Assembly: GCF_000981785.2 (NCBI RefSeq)
Contig: NZ_CP011304.1
Location: 3,870,001-3,902,000 of the forward strand
DNA length: 32,000 bases
Origin: Microcystis aeruginosa NIES-2549
GTDB taxonomy: Bacteria; Cyanobacteriota; Cyanobacteriia; Cyanobacteriales; Microcystaceae
Direction: 5' to 3'
Shown: piece by piece, positions 9,195 to 19,296 of the stretch
How the letters are laid out: each line of letters starts with the position of its first letter
How positions within the stretch are numbered: the first letter of the stretch is position 1
The notes under the pieces: generated by a model
Seen by the model: the letters and a program-made list of their open reading frames with translations, nothing else
The model's database searches: none
Told to the model about the DNA's origin: nothing
Translations under genes and position numbers: made by a program

Positions 9195-9240
9195 GTAGGG
9201 TTGATTCATGAATCAACCCTACTATGAATCAACCCTAGGG
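9195..9240. repeat. 28-bp perfect palindrome GTAGGGTTGATTCATGAATCAACCCTAC plus partial re-duplication
   Basis: Self-complementary over 9195-9222. Followed by TATGAATCAACCCTAGGG. The identical 28-mer recurs at 30470-30497. Confidence 0.9.
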
Positions 9241-9286
9241 CAGAGGGGCAGCAGAAAAAAAAATTGTGGTCCCCCTATCGTTCATC

Positions 9287-9860
9287 TCAATTTAGGTGTT
9301 CAATCTCGGTAATAATCGGTAAAATCACCGTGATCTTTGTGCCTTTTCTTTCCTCACTTTCCAGGTGAATTTGTCCTTTGTGCGCTTCCACACAGCGTCC
9401 GACAATGGCTAATCCTAATCCCGTTCCTTGAATATTATCGACATTACTACCGCGATAAAAAGGTTTAAATAAATTTTCTTTATCTTTGCTGGGAATACCA
9501 ATTCCTCGATCGATAATTTTAAAGACTACCTGCTCGGATTCGACAATAATCTTAAATTCTATGGGGTTGCCTTAGGGTGAATATTTTAGAGCATTTCCTA
9601 GTAAATTTGTCAAGATATGTTTAATTAAATTAATATCCCAAAGTCCTTTTTCTAAGCTGCCCTCAACTTGGAAAATAATTGCTGATTGCGGCTCCAGCTT
9701 AACAATAAAATATTCTACCAATTTTTGACAATAATCGAGCAAATCCACCAGATCAAATTGACAGTATAATCTACCAGAATCGGCCTAGCCAATTAATAAC
9801 ACTTCTGTGAGCAATTGATCCAGGTCTTTAATGGCCGATCGAATCATGCGAAAATAGCTA
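9287..9860 (-). pseudogene. sensor histidine kinase, 3' fragment (part of DHp plus HATPase_c) with two nonsense codons, 5' end removed by IS
   Basis: Minus-strand translation: ...YFRMIRSAIKDLDQLLTEVLLIG*ADSGRLYCQFDLVDLLDYC...LIKHILTNLLGNALKYSP*GNPIEFKIIVESEQVVFKIIDRGIGIPSKDKENLFKPFYRGSNVDNIQGTGLGLAIVGRCVEAHKGQIHLESEERKGTKITVILP. N, G1, F and G2 boxes are present. In-frame TAG at 9785-9787 and TAA at 9572-9574. Confidence 0.85.
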
Positions 9861-11538
9861 GGGTTTGCTGAATAACTGTGAAATACTTATGATATAAGGA
9901 TTACAGCCAGATTAAATTCCCAAAAAGTCAAGAAAAAGGGACAGAAAACGGCTAAAATTGCTAAAATACCCTTGCACTTATCCGACAAGAACAGATGTAC
10001 CGAAAAACGAACGAGTCTTCAATAGCCCCAGAAAACTTTGAGTTGCCTTTTGAGGGAAAATTATCAGCAGATAATCGCTGGATAATAATGGCAGAGTTAA
10101 TTCCCTGGGAAGAATTTGAAGAAGAATATGCCCAAAATTTTGACGAAGAAATGGGTGCGCCAGCCAAACCATTTAGGATGGCATTAGGAGCATTAATTAT
10201 TAAGGAAAAATTAAAAACAAGCGACAGGGAAACCATAGAGCAAATCAAGGAAAACCCCTATTTACAGTATTTTCTAGGGATGTCAGCCTATAGTAATGAA
10301 GCTCTATTTGATGCGACAATGTTCGTTAATTTTCGTAAAAGAATCAGTAAGAATTTAATCAATAAAATTAATAAAAGAATGGTGATGAGAGAGAGAAAAA
10401 AGAAGGAAATTGAAAAAAAAGTCAAAGAAAAGAAGAAGAAAAAGAGAGTCAAATAAAAAATAAAGGAAAATTAATATTAGATGCAAGTTGCGCAGCTGCT
10501 GATCTAAGTTATCCCCAGGATTTAGGGATATTAAATCAAGCAAGAAAGAAAACAGAAAACATTCTAGATTGTCTCTATCAAAATTTGATAATCAAGCTGA
10601 AGAAAAATCCAAGAACTTATAGAAAAAGAGCGAGAAAAGATTATTTAAAAGTAGCCAAAAAACGTCGTTGTTCTCAAAAAGAAAGACGAGAAGCTATCAA
10701 GAAGCAACTGCAATATATCAAAAGAAATCTATCTCAAATAGAGAAATTAATCGAGGGGGGATCAGAGTTAAGTAGTCTCAGCAAAAGAAACTACAAAATG
10801 TTGTTAGTGGTGACAGAAGTTTATCGTCAACAATTGTGGATGTGGGAAAATAAATCATCGAGAATTGATGATAGAATTGTGAGTATAACCCAACCACACA
10901 TCCGCCCTATCGTTAGAGGAAAAGCCGGAAAACCAGTTGAATTTGGAGCAAAAATCTCAGTAAGCTGTTTTGAGATTTATGTATTTTTAGACCATTTAAG
11001 TTGGGATAATTTTAATGAATCTTGGGACTTACAAGCGCAAGTAGAAGAGTATAAAGAATTCACAGTATATTATCCAGAATCAGTTCATGTTGATAAAATT
11101 TATCGAACTAGAAAAAATTTAGCTTGGTGTAAAGAAAGAGGAATTAGAATCAGTGGAGTTCCTCTAGGAAGACCACCTAAAAATATTAGTAAAGAAACTA
11201 AAAAACAAGCTCTTGAGGATGAAGGAATTCGGAATGCAATTGAAGGTAAATTTGGTCAAGCAAAAAGAAGATATAGTCTTGATTGTATCATGACAAAACT
11301 TGATAAAACTTCAGAAACTTCCATTGCCATTGCTTTTTTAGTCATCAATCTTTCTAACCTGCTTAGACAGGTTAACTGTCTTTTTTTGTCCCTATTTCTT
11401 TATACATCTAAATTTAGCTTTATTCATCCCTCTTTGATTAGAAAAGATGATAAAAAAGCTGATTATCAACAGAAAAACTTATCTTAAATTCGGGCTGATT
11501 TTTGAGAGTTTTTGTTTTTTACTTTTTGCCGCAAACCC
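9861..11538 (+). mobile_element. IS5-family insertion sequence (about 1.68 kb)
   Basis: Ends are GGGTTTGCTGAA... (9861) and ...GCAAACCC (11538), an inverted match of at least 8 bp, or 10 bp if the flanking TA is included. The interior encodes a DUF772/InsH-N plus DDE transposase. The element is markedly more AT-rich than its flanks. Confidence 0.8.
9995..11487 (+). CDS. IS5-family transposase split over two overlapping frames (orfA 9995-10456; DDE part open from 10414 in the -1 frame to 11487)
   Basis: The N-terminal part (FELPFEGKLSADNRWIIMAELIPWEEFEEEY...PFRMALGALIIKE) is InsH-N/DUF772-like. The second frame gives LILDASCAAADLSYPQDLGIL, IRPIVRGKAGKPVEFGAKISVS, VHVDKIYRTRKN and RNAIEGKFGQAKRRYSL, which are DDE-type landmarks. 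The frames overlap at an A8 run. Confidence 0.8.
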
Positions 11539-12130
11539 TATGTAAATGGCATGGGATTTCGAGGCATTGAGAGAGTGACAGGAGTCTCACGAACAACCAT
11601 TATGGATTGGGTCAAACAAGTGGGAAAACTGCTGCCTGATTCCTATAATTCAGAAACGATTCCAGAAGTGGGAGAACTAGATGAATTAGAGACCTTTGTT
11701 GGTAAAAAAAAGAACAAAATCTGTATAGGGACGGCTGTTGACCACTTTCGAGATGGAATTCTTGGATGGGTAATTGGTGGTCTCGCAAGGCGAGTGCCTT
11801 CGGCAACATAGTGCAGACACATTTCAACGTTTATGGCAAGCTATCTCATTTTGGCAATGTTATTTTTGGGTAAGTGATGGAAATCCATTGTATCGAATAT
11901 TTATCCCTGACGGGGATCAGATTGTTAGCAAAACTTATAGGACAAGGGTAGAGGGAGAAAATACAAGATTACGTCATTACTTAGCGCGTCTTCATCGTAA
12001 GACTTTCTGCTATTGAAAATGTGTCAAAATGTTAGAAAATTCCCTACCGCTTCTAATTCATTACCTTAAGTTTAAGGATGTTCCAGTTCCCTACACTTTT
12101 GCTTGATTCATCTTTACATCTGACAACGCC
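11539..12130 (+). pseudogene. IS1-family element remnant (InsB-like transposase, 5'-truncated, frameshifted, with nonsense codons)
   Basis: Translation fragments GFRGIERVTGVSRTTIMDWVKQVG, ELDELETFVGKKKNKI, FQRLWQAISFWQCYFWVSDGNPLYRIFIPDGDQIVSKTY.TRVEGENTRLRHYLARLHRKTFCY*K.VKMLENSL.LLIHYLKF match IS1 InsB architecture. They lie in two frames with internal stops. The right boundary is approximate. Confidence 0.7.
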
Positions 12131-12292
12131 CAATTTTTAACCGATGTTACTCGCTGGTATTGGCGTAATGTGTGAGGGGTTGAAACCTAAACTCATCTAG
12201 AAACAGACCCGTTCCTTTTTTTGATTGTTCGGCCAAGTTTCACAGAGACGAAATTTCGCCTCTGTTAGCCAGACCGATAGCCGATGGAATTC

Positions 12293-13717
12293 CTAATAAT
12301 TTTCTTGCGGATTTGTGGCAGCAGCATTTTCTTGGTAGGAAAGGCTGCTACCGAACTCGAATTCCTGTCCGTAGGCTTCCTCTCCGTGTTGAGGCACGTC
12401 TAACCCTTCTGCTTCCGTATTCGGTTTAACCCGCAGGTCCATAAATAAACCGAGAACTTTCAGGATAACAAAAGTACCGACAGCAGCAAAGATATAAGTA
12501 GCGGCAACGCCAACAAATTGCGTCCACAGTAACCCCGGATTCCCAAAAAATAAACCATCATTTCCGGCTGAATTAACCGCTTTTGTGGCAAAAAGCCCCG
12601 TAAGCAGCGCCCCTATGGTCCCGCCGACACCATGGACGGGATAGGTATCCAAAGAATCATCAAAGCGCAATTTTGCCCGCAGACTAACCGCAAAAAAACA
12701 ACTAAGGGCAGTAATCGAACCGATGAGAATCGCCCCAATCGGCAGCACATAACCGGCAGCTGGAGTTATACCGACTAATCCCCCCAAAAATCCACTAGCA
12801 ATACCGATCGCCGTCGGTTTACCGCGTAAAATCCATTCTATCAGCATCCATGTCAAACCACCGGCCGAAGCTGCGATACTGGTATTAACAAAAGCTGTCG
12901 TGGCTAGGGAACTAGAGGAAAGCGCACTACCCCCATTAAAACCAAACCAACCGAACCAGAGTAAACCGATACCCAGAAGAACAAACGGCACATTATGGGG
13001 TGCATAGGCTTGGACACCAAAACTACGCCGCGGACCGATCACCCAAGCGGCCACCAGTGCGGAAATCCCAGAACTAATGTGAACAACGGTTCCACCGGCG
13101 AAATCCAGCGCCCCAGTGGCTGCCAACCAACCCTTACCCCAAACCCAGTGAGCTAGGGGAGAATAGATAAAGGTGGACCAAAGCAGTAAAAACCAAAAAT
13201 AGGCTTTAAAGTTGACCCGTTCCACGATCGCCCCCGAAATTAAAGCCGGGGTGATGATGGCGAACATCATCTGATAGACCATAAACACTTGATGGGGAAC
13301 GGTGGGTGCATAACCGATATTGTCAGGTGCGGCCGCGGTGACACCGTTAAGAAAAATCCAATCTAGTCCCCCGATAAAAGCTTCAATTCCCTCGCCAAAA
13401 CCACTTTTACCCGGGGTGACATCGAAAGCGAGACTATAACCCCAAAGCACCCAAGTTACACCGATGACGCCCATGGCCACCAAACTCATCATCATGGTGT
13501 TGAGGACGTTACGCGAACGCACTAAACCCCCATAAAAAAAAGCCAGTCCGGGGGTCATTAATAAAACTAAAGCCGACGAGATCAGCATCCAAGCGGTATC
13601 TCCAGCACTAATCGGATTGGGGGGAGCGGCGGCGATGGTTTCCGCAAAAACTGGGGCAACTCCGCAATTGAATCCCAGTCCCAGCAAAAGTATGGTTATT
13701 CCTACGATCTTTTTCAT
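12293..13717 (-). CDS. amt: ammonium transporter (Amt/MEP family)
   Basis: Multi-TM ORF with Amt signatures (DFAGGTVVHISSG, GWFGFNGGS, VHGVGGTIGALLTG). Start placed at the ATG at 13717 (MKKIVGITILLL, signal-like) rather than the ORF maximum at 13801. Confidence 0.9.
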   Translation of the reverse strand: MKKIVGITILLLGLGFNCGVAPVFAETIAAAPPNPISAGDTAWMLISSALVLLMTPGLAFFYGGLVRSRNVLNTMMMSLVAMGVIGVTWVLWGYSLAFDVTPGKSGFGEGIEAFIGGLDWIFLNGVTAAAPDNIGYAPTVPHQVFMVYQMMFAIITPALISGAIVERVNFKAYFWFLLLWSTFIYSPLAHWVWGKGWLAATGALDFAGGTVVHISSGISALVAAWVIGPRRSFGVQAYAPHNVPFVLLGIGLLWFGWFGFNGGSALSSSSLATTAFVNTSIAASAGGLTWMLIEWILRGKPTAIGIASGFLGGLVGITPAAGYVLPIGAILIGSITALSCFFAVSLRAKLRFDDSLDTYPVHGVGGTIGALLTGLFATKAVNSAGNDGLFFGNPGLLWTQFVGVAATYIFAAVGTFVILKVLGLFMDLRVKPNTEAEGLDVPQHGEEAYGQEFEFGSSLSYQENAAATNPQENY

Positions 13718-13892
13718 TGACGGTTGGTGCCTAGTAGCAAGATTAATTTTTTCTGTCCGGAAAGAGACAAAAAACCGAAAGAGAAAAGGTTTAGAAGCCA
13801 ATTATAGCCACCGATCGCATCGGGGCGAGGTCTTCTTCCTTTTCTCTTTAACTTTTTTCGGGGTAAATTAATCTATCTTTACAAGGTTTACC

Positions 13893-15329
13893 CTAACGAC
13901 TGCTAGGCGTTTCCATGTCAACACTGGAAGCATAATGGCCACCAGCAACGATATCGGACTCCTTGACGAAACCGCTATAGGCTTCCATCCCGTGTTCGCC
14001 TATATCCAAACCTTCCATTTCTTCTTCGGGAGTAACACGAATACCGAGGGTAGCCTTGAGGATTGTCCAAACAATACCACTAACAATCACGGTAAATGCC
14101 CCTACTGCTACAATCCCGATAATTTGGTTAATAAACAGTTGGAATTGACCGGTGATTAAACCCGCATCTTTGTTGAAGATACCCACGGCTAAAGTTCCAA
14201 ACACACCACAGACGAGGTGAACGGAAGTGGCACCCACGGGATCATCAATTTTCAGGTTATCGAAGAAAGCCACCGAGTAAACCACGACCACACCAGCAAT
14301 TAAACCGATAATTAAGGCCGACCAATAGGATACACCATCACAACCGGCAGTAACGGCTACTAAACCGGCGAGAATACCGTTAATAATCATCGAAAGGTCG
14401 GGTTTACCATCTTTCGCCCAAGCGGTAAAGGTAGCGGCAATGCCACCCGCGGCCCCGGCGAGGTTAGTGGTGACAGCGATATAGGGTACAGTTTCATTAA
14501 CTGCCAAAGTAGAACCGGGGTTAAAACCAAACCAGCCAATCCAGAGAATTAAACAACCCAAGGTCGCAATACTCATGTTATGGCCGGGTAAGGCACTGGT
14601 GCGACCGTTGATGTATTTACCCATTCTCGGGCCGAGAATTGCCGCCCCGGTTAAGGCAGACCAACCACCGACCGAGTGAACCACCGTCGAACCGGCGAAG
14701 TCCTTAAAACCAAGGTCGGCTAACCAACCGCCACCCCAAACCCAGTGACCGGTGATCGGGTACATGATACCAACGATAATTAAGCTAAAAACGAGGAAAT
14801 CGACGAATTTAATCCGTTCTGCCACGGCCCCGGATACAATGGTTGCCGCCGTTCCCGCGAAAGCGACTTGGAACAGGAAGAACACCGAGGTGGGCAAAGA
14901 GGCAGGCATAACGTAGGTGGCGGGATCGCTACTGCTGAGGAACCAGCCTCCTGTACCGAAAAATTCGTTACTGACAGACCCAAACATCAGGGAGAAACCG
15001 ATTGCCCAAAATGATATGGTGGAGAGGGCGAAAACGATCAGGTTTTTAGCCAGAACGTTAACGGCGTTTTTCTGGCGACAGAATCCCGTTTCTAGCATCG
15101 CAAACCCCGCATTCATAAAGATAACGAGGATGGAGGCAATTAAAACCCAGATTGTATTGAGGGCGTTTTGGACATCTTCGGGGGTTAGGGGTTTCGCATC
15201 TTGGGCCTGTACGGCTGTGTTCCAAACCACGAAAATAATCGCGGACAAAGGAACACAGGCTAACCAGACAGGGTTAATTTTCGGTAACAAACCGACAAGT
15301 TCCCCAGATTTTCGAGCAATTCGTTTCAT
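13893..15329 (-). CDS. amt: ammonium transporter (Amt/MEP family), paralog in tandem
   Basis: 478-aa multi-TM ORF with [22 protein letters not shown] and [14 protein letters not shown]. Confidence 0.92.
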   Translation of the reverse strand: MKRIARKSGELVGLLPKINPVWLACVPLSAIIFVVWNTAVQAQDAKPLTPEDVQNALNTIWVLIASILVIFMNAGFAMLETGFCRQKNAVNVLAKNLIVFALSTISFWAIGFSLMFGSVSNEFFGTGGWFLSSSDPATYVMPASLPTSVFFLFQVAFAGTAATIVSGAVAERIKFVDFLVFSLIIVGIMYPITGHWVWGGGWLADLGFKDFAGSTVVHSVGGWSALTGAAILGPRMGKYINGRTSALPGHNMSIATLGCLILWIGWFGFNPGSTLAVNETVPYIAVTTNLAGAAGGIAATFTAWAKDGKPDLSMIINGILAGLVAVTAGCDGVSYWSALIIGLIAGVVVVYSVAFFDNLKIDDPVGATSVHLVCGVFGTLAVGIFNKDAGLITGQFQLFINQIIGIVAVGAFTVIVSGIVWTILKATLGIRVTPEEEMEGLDIGEHGMEAYSGFVKESDIVAGGHYASSVDMETPSSR

Positions 15330-15528
15330 CGTTAATTCGTTTACTTTGTTGAGTTAGTAGGTCGATTCATTACTTTTGAAAATAATCACCGAGCAATTAT
15401 GTCCGTTCAACCGCTAAATCCTAGGAACAGAGGTCAATCATTTCAGAAGACCAAACACCTAGGGATTTATCTTGATGTGTGAGTAGTCAATGTTTTTTGA
15501 TCTTTGTTTTTTTTTATTTGAGATTTCT

Positions 15529-15542
15529 GTATCCTCTGATAC
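15529..15542. promoter_or_regulatory. candidate NtcA binding site GTA-N8-TAC
   Basis: GTATCCTCTGATAC is an exact match to the GTAN8TAC consensus. It lies in the divergent spacer between the amt gene (start 15329) and ribD (start 15745). I found no canonical TAN3T box at the usual 22-nt spacing on either strand. Confidence 0.4.
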
Positions 15543-15586
15543 GTTTCACTTTAAAATAATAATAGTAGAGAAGTGATCAAGAATTT

Positions 15587-15716
15587 AGTTATCAGATGTG
15601 AGTTTTCAGTTCACTGATTACTGTTTACTGTTTACTGGACGGCTACGCCGTGCCTTTGGCAACACTGAAAAAAGCTTCCCACTGATTACTGTTTACTGTT
15701 TACTGATCACTGATCA
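15587..15716 (+). repeat. composite heptamer element(s) with conserved core CAGATGTGAGTTTTCAGTTCACTG and CTGAAAAAAGC junction
   Basis: Direct reading gives GTTATCAG, the core, (CTGATTA/CTGTTTA)n, then CACTGAAAAAAGCTTCCCACTG, then (ATTACTG/TTTACTG/ATCACTG)n. The element ends 29 nt before the ribD ATG. Confidence 0.85.
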
Positions 15717-15744
15717 AGTCTCCCCTCCTTTGGAGAAATCAACC

Positions 15745-16842
15745 ATGGCCCAGGCAACGGAATTCGATCGCACAATGATGCAAAGATGTCTAACCCTTGC
15801 TAGGCAAGCCTTGGGGCGCACTTCTCCTAATCCTTTGGTGGGTTCTGTGATCGTTCAAGAGGGGACAATTATCGGCGAAGGTTTTCACCCGGGGGCCGGA
15901 CAACCCCATGCGGAAGTTTTCGCCCTGAGACAGGCAGCAGAAAAAGCCCGTGGTGCCACTTTATACGTCAATCTTGAACCCTGTAACCACTATGGACGTA
16001 CTCCCCCCTGTAGCGAGGCAATTGTGCAAGCAGGCATTAAAAAAGTGGTGGTGGGGATGATCGATCCTAATCCCTTGGTGGCGGGGAAAGGCATTCAAAG
16101 ATTAGCATCGGCAGGGATCGAGACGCTGGTGGGGGTGGAGGAGTCCGAATGTCATCAACTCAATCAGGGTTTTATCCATCGCATCACCGCTAAAAAACCC
16201 TTCGGTATTCTCAAATATGCCATGACTCTCGATGGCAAAATTGCCGCTACTAGCGGTCATAGCACTTGGATTACTAGCCCCGCTTCTCGCCAAATCGTCC
16301 ATCAATTGCGGTCGGCCTGTGATGCGATTATCGTCGGCGGTAGCACTGTCCGTCAAGATAATCCCCACCTCACCACTCACGGCCTCTCCGATCATAATCC
16401 CCTGCGCGTGGTCATGACTCGATCGCTTGATTTACCTCCCTCGGCCCATCTTTGGGATACCAGTCAATTTCCCACGCTTGTCTATACACAAATTGATTCT
16501 AATGTCAAGCTTAAGCAACAATTATTAACAAAAGGCGTGGAAGTGATCGAACTAACCGAGGTGACACCCACTTTAGTGATGGAAAATCTTTATCAAAGGG
16601 GATTTTGTCAGGTTTTGTGGGAGTGCGGTGGCGGTTTAAGTGCGGCAGCGATCGCTGAGGGCATGGTACAAAAAATTATCGCTTTTATCGCACCCAAAAT
16701 CATCGGGGGAATCCAGGCACCCACTGCCGTGGGTGATTTAGGATTCCAGTTAATGAGTCAAGCTTTACAGCTAGAAAATGTCACGGTTAATTATCTCAAT
16801 CCCGATATTTTGATTGAGGGATATCTGCCAAGTGAAAAGTAG
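15745..16842 (+). CDS. ribD: bifunctional riboflavin biosynthesis protein RibD (pyrimidine deaminase / uracil reductase)
   Basis: Deaminase zinc motifs HAEVFAL and PCNHYGRTPPC. C-terminal reductase domain (KYAMTLDGKIA). Start at the ATG at 15745, preceded by GGAG. The upstream ORF extension runs through repeat DNA. Confidence 0.93.
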   Translation: MAQATEFDRTMMQRCLTLARQALGRTSPNPLVGSVIVQEGTIIGEGFHPGAGQPHAEVFALRQAAEKARGATLYVNLEPCNHYGRTPPCSEAIVQAGIKKVVVGMIDPNPLVAGKGIQRLASAGIETLVGVEESECHQLNQGFIHRITAKKPFGILKYAMTLDGKIAATSGHSTWITSPASRQIVHQLRSACDAIIVGGSTVRQDNPHLTTHGLSDHNPLRVVMTRSLDLPPSAHLWDTSQFPTLVYTQIDSNVKLKQQLLTKGVEVIELTEVTPTLVMENLYQRGFCQVLWECGGGLSAAAIAEGMVQKIIAFIAPKIIGGIQAPTAVGDLGFQLMSQALQLENVTVNYLNPDILIEGYLPSEK

Positions 16843-17101
16843 AGCTACTGCAATTCTGGCTCAATCAGCAAATCTCAACCAACCGCTTGTAAAAGTAAAA
16901 AAGTCATCGATAACCCCGATAATCTGGCACTTACCCCTAATTTTTGCGATCAAGTTCTAGAAATCGCCCTGCTGCCGTTAAATCCCTTTATCGGTACGGT
17001 TATCACCCTAAAAGAAGTTGGGCAATCGCTCTCTGATCAATAGTGCCATCTTCGAGCAAAATAAAAAAGTTAGAATAGTCAAGCCCTTACTGATTGAACG
17101 T

Positions 17102-19075
17102 ATGACGGTACTCGAAAAAGGTAATATCACGATTCATACCGAGAATATCTTCCCTATTATCAAAAAATCTCTCTACACTGACCATGAAATTTTTCTGCGG
17201 GAATTGATATCCAATAGTGTTGATGCCATCTCGAAATTAAAAATGGCTTCTTTAGCAGGAGAAGCGAGAGCAGAAGTACCCGAACCAGAAATTAATCTCG
17301 CCATCGATAAAGAAAATCGTACCCTATCAATTACCGATAATGGCATCGGGATGACGGGGGAAGAAATCAAGAAATATATTAACCAAGTTGCCTTTTCCAG
17401 TGCGGAAGAATTTATCAATAAATATCAAAAATCAGCCAACGATTTAATCGGTCATTTTGGACTAGGCTTTTATTCGGCCTTTATGGTGGCTAAAAAGGTA
17501 GAAATTGATACTCTTTCCTATCAAGAAGGTGCTACCCCAGTCCATTGGTGCTGTGATGGTTCTCCGGAGTTTGAACTAACCGATTCTTCCCGCAGCCAAA
17601 TCGGCACCACTATCACCCTAACTTTAATGGATGAGGAAGGGGAATATTTAGAACCTGCCCGCATTCGCCAGTTAGTCAAAACCTACTCAGATTTTATGCC
17701 CGTTCCCATTAAAATTGATGGGGAAGTGATTAATCAACAACGGGCTTTATGGAAAGAATCTCCTCAAAATCTGACGAAAGAAGACTACCTAGAATTCTAT
17801 CGTTATCTCTATCCTTTCCAAGAAGAACCTTTACTCTGGGTACATCTGAATACCGATTATCCTTTCTTGCTCAATGGCATTCTTTATTTTCCCAAACTCA
17901 GACCGGATGTAGATGTCTCAAAAGGACAATTAAAGTTATTCTGTAATCAGGTTTTTGTCAGCGATCATTGCGAGGAAATTATTCCCGATTTTCTGATGCC
18001 CTTGCGAGGAGTTATCGACAGTCCAGATATTCCTTTGAATGTGTCTCGAAGTGCTTTAACCAAAGATCGCACCGTTCGCCGTATTGCCGATTTTATTGCC
18101 AAAAAAATTGCTGATCGCCTCAAATCTCTCTACAACGAAGACGCAAAAGAATATATTCGTTGTTGGGGAGATGTGGGGACTTTTATTAAATTTGGTTCCT
18201 TGAAAGAGGATAAATTTAAACAGCAGGTAGAAGATATTTTAATCTATCGCACTACCTACAAACCCCCAGAAACCCAGGTACAATTGGAAGCGCAAACCGC
18301 CGAAGGTGACGCATGGCAAGAAGCAACGGTGAAAACTCCCCTAGAAGCGATCGAACAGGAAGGTTATACTACTCTCAAAGCCTACCTAGAACGCCATAAA
18401 GAACGCCACGAAAATCGAGTTTTTTACTGTACCGATCCTCATAGTCAATCCACCTACGTTGAACTCTACAAAAATCAAGGCTTAGAAATACTTTTCTTTG
18501 ATTCTTTCATCGATACTAATTACTTTATTCCTTTCCTAGAAAGAGAATACTCCGATGTGAAATTCACCCGGGTTGATTCTGAATTAGACTCGACGCTGCT
18601 CGAACAGGATCAAGCTAGTGAAATTATCGATCCCGCCAGTAATAAAACCCGGGCTGAATTGATCAAAGAAATCTTCGCCAAAGCCCTCGATAATTCCCGC
18701 ATCAATATCAAAACTGAAGCCTTGAAATCCGATGATCCCCAAGCTACTCCCCCGGCAATTGTCTTACTTCCAGAAGCAATGCGACGCTTACAGGAAATGA
18801 CGGCAATGATGCAACAAAAAGCCATGGCTTTCCCCGAAGAACATATTCTGATGATTAATACTAATCATCCCTTAATTCAACAGATTATCCAGATTAGTCA
18901 GGGAAGTATTGTTACCGGTAGCGGCGAATCTCCATCGGCGCAATTAGCGAAAATGCTCTGTCAGCACGTTTATGATTTAGCTTTAATCGCTCAAAAAGGA
19001 TTTGATGCCGAGGGAATGCAAGCTTTTGTGGAACGTTCCAATCGCGTTCTGACTAAGCTAACCGAAAAGATTTAA
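17102..19075 (+). CDS. htpG: molecular chaperone HtpG (Hsp90)
   Basis: Hsp90 N-domain motifs (YTDHEIFLRELISNSVDA, DNGIGMT, IGHFGLGFYSAFMVA) and typical length. Start at the ATG at 17102 (MTVLEKG). Confidence 0.95.
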   Translation: MTVLEKGNITIHTENIFPIIKKSLYTDHEIFLRELISNSVDAISKLKMASLAGEARAEVPEPEINLAIDKENRTLSITDNGIGMTGEEIKKYINQVAFSSAEEFINKYQKSANDLIGHFGLGFYSAFMVAKKVEIDTLSYQEGATPVHWCCDGSPEFELTDSSRSQIGTTITLTLMDEEGEYLEPARIRQLVKTYSDFMPVPIKIDGEVINQQRALWKESPQNLTKEDYLEFYRYLYPFQEEPLLWVHLNTDYPFLLNGILYFPKLRPDVDVSKGQLKLFCNQVFVSDHCEEIIPDFLMPLRGVIDSPDIPLNVSRSALTKDRTVRRIADFIAKKIADRLKSLYNEDAKEYIRCWGDVGTFIKFGSLKEDKFKQQVEDILIYRTTYKPPETQVQLEAQTAEGDAWQEATVKTPLEAIEQEGYTTLKAYLERHKERHENRVFYCTDPHSQSTYVELYKNQGLEILFFDSFIDTNYFIPFLEREYSDVKFTRVDSELDSTLLEQDQASEIIDPASNKTRAELIKEIFAKALDNSRINIKTEALKSDDPQATPPAIVLLPEAMRRLQEMTAMMQQKAMAFPEEHILMINTNHPLIQQIIQISQGSIVTGSGESPSAQLAKMLCQHVYDLALIAQKGFDAEGMQAFVERSNRVLTKLTEKI

Positions 19076-19108
19076 TCTATTGCCAAACTTTAGCTGTTTC
19101 GATATGCT

Positions 19109-19137
19109 GAGAGTGTGTTAGTTCACACTCTTTTTTT
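19109..19137 (+). terminator. intrinsic terminator of htpG
   Basis: GAGAGTGTG-ttagtt-CACACTC followed by T7, 34 nt after the stop. Confidence 0.85.
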
Positions 19138-19231
19138 AACCTGATCAATATGATCTAGCGATAAGCTATCTTGCCGCCGTCAGCCTTGAATCAGTTAAGT
19201 AGTCGTGCAAAATTAATTTCCTAGTGAAGAT

Positions 19232-19262
19232 AGGCAAGAGGCAAGAGGCAAGAGGCAAGAGG
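19232..19262. repeat. heptamer microsatellite (AGGCAAG), about 4.4 units
   Basis: Direct reading. Confidence 0.9.
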
Positions 19263-19296
19263 TGGTTAGATATGTGTAATTAATTTTGCTCAGGTA

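Noticed and set aside
12126-12292. Possible H-box remnant of the histidine kinase (minus-strand ...SLGFNPSHITPIPASNIG*)
   Set aside because: It only loosely resembles SHELRTPL, with wrong spacing and a stop codon. I cannot distinguish it from chance. A weak hairpin (CAGAGGCGAAA/TTTCGTCTCTG) here may simply be the amt terminator.
13863-13876. GTAAATTAATCTAT, an NtcA-like half-match upstream of the second amt gene
   Set aside because: It deviates from GTA-N8-TAC in a conserved half-site. It lies about 55 nt from the only good -10 box (TATAAT at 13802-13807, minus strand), which is the wrong geometry.
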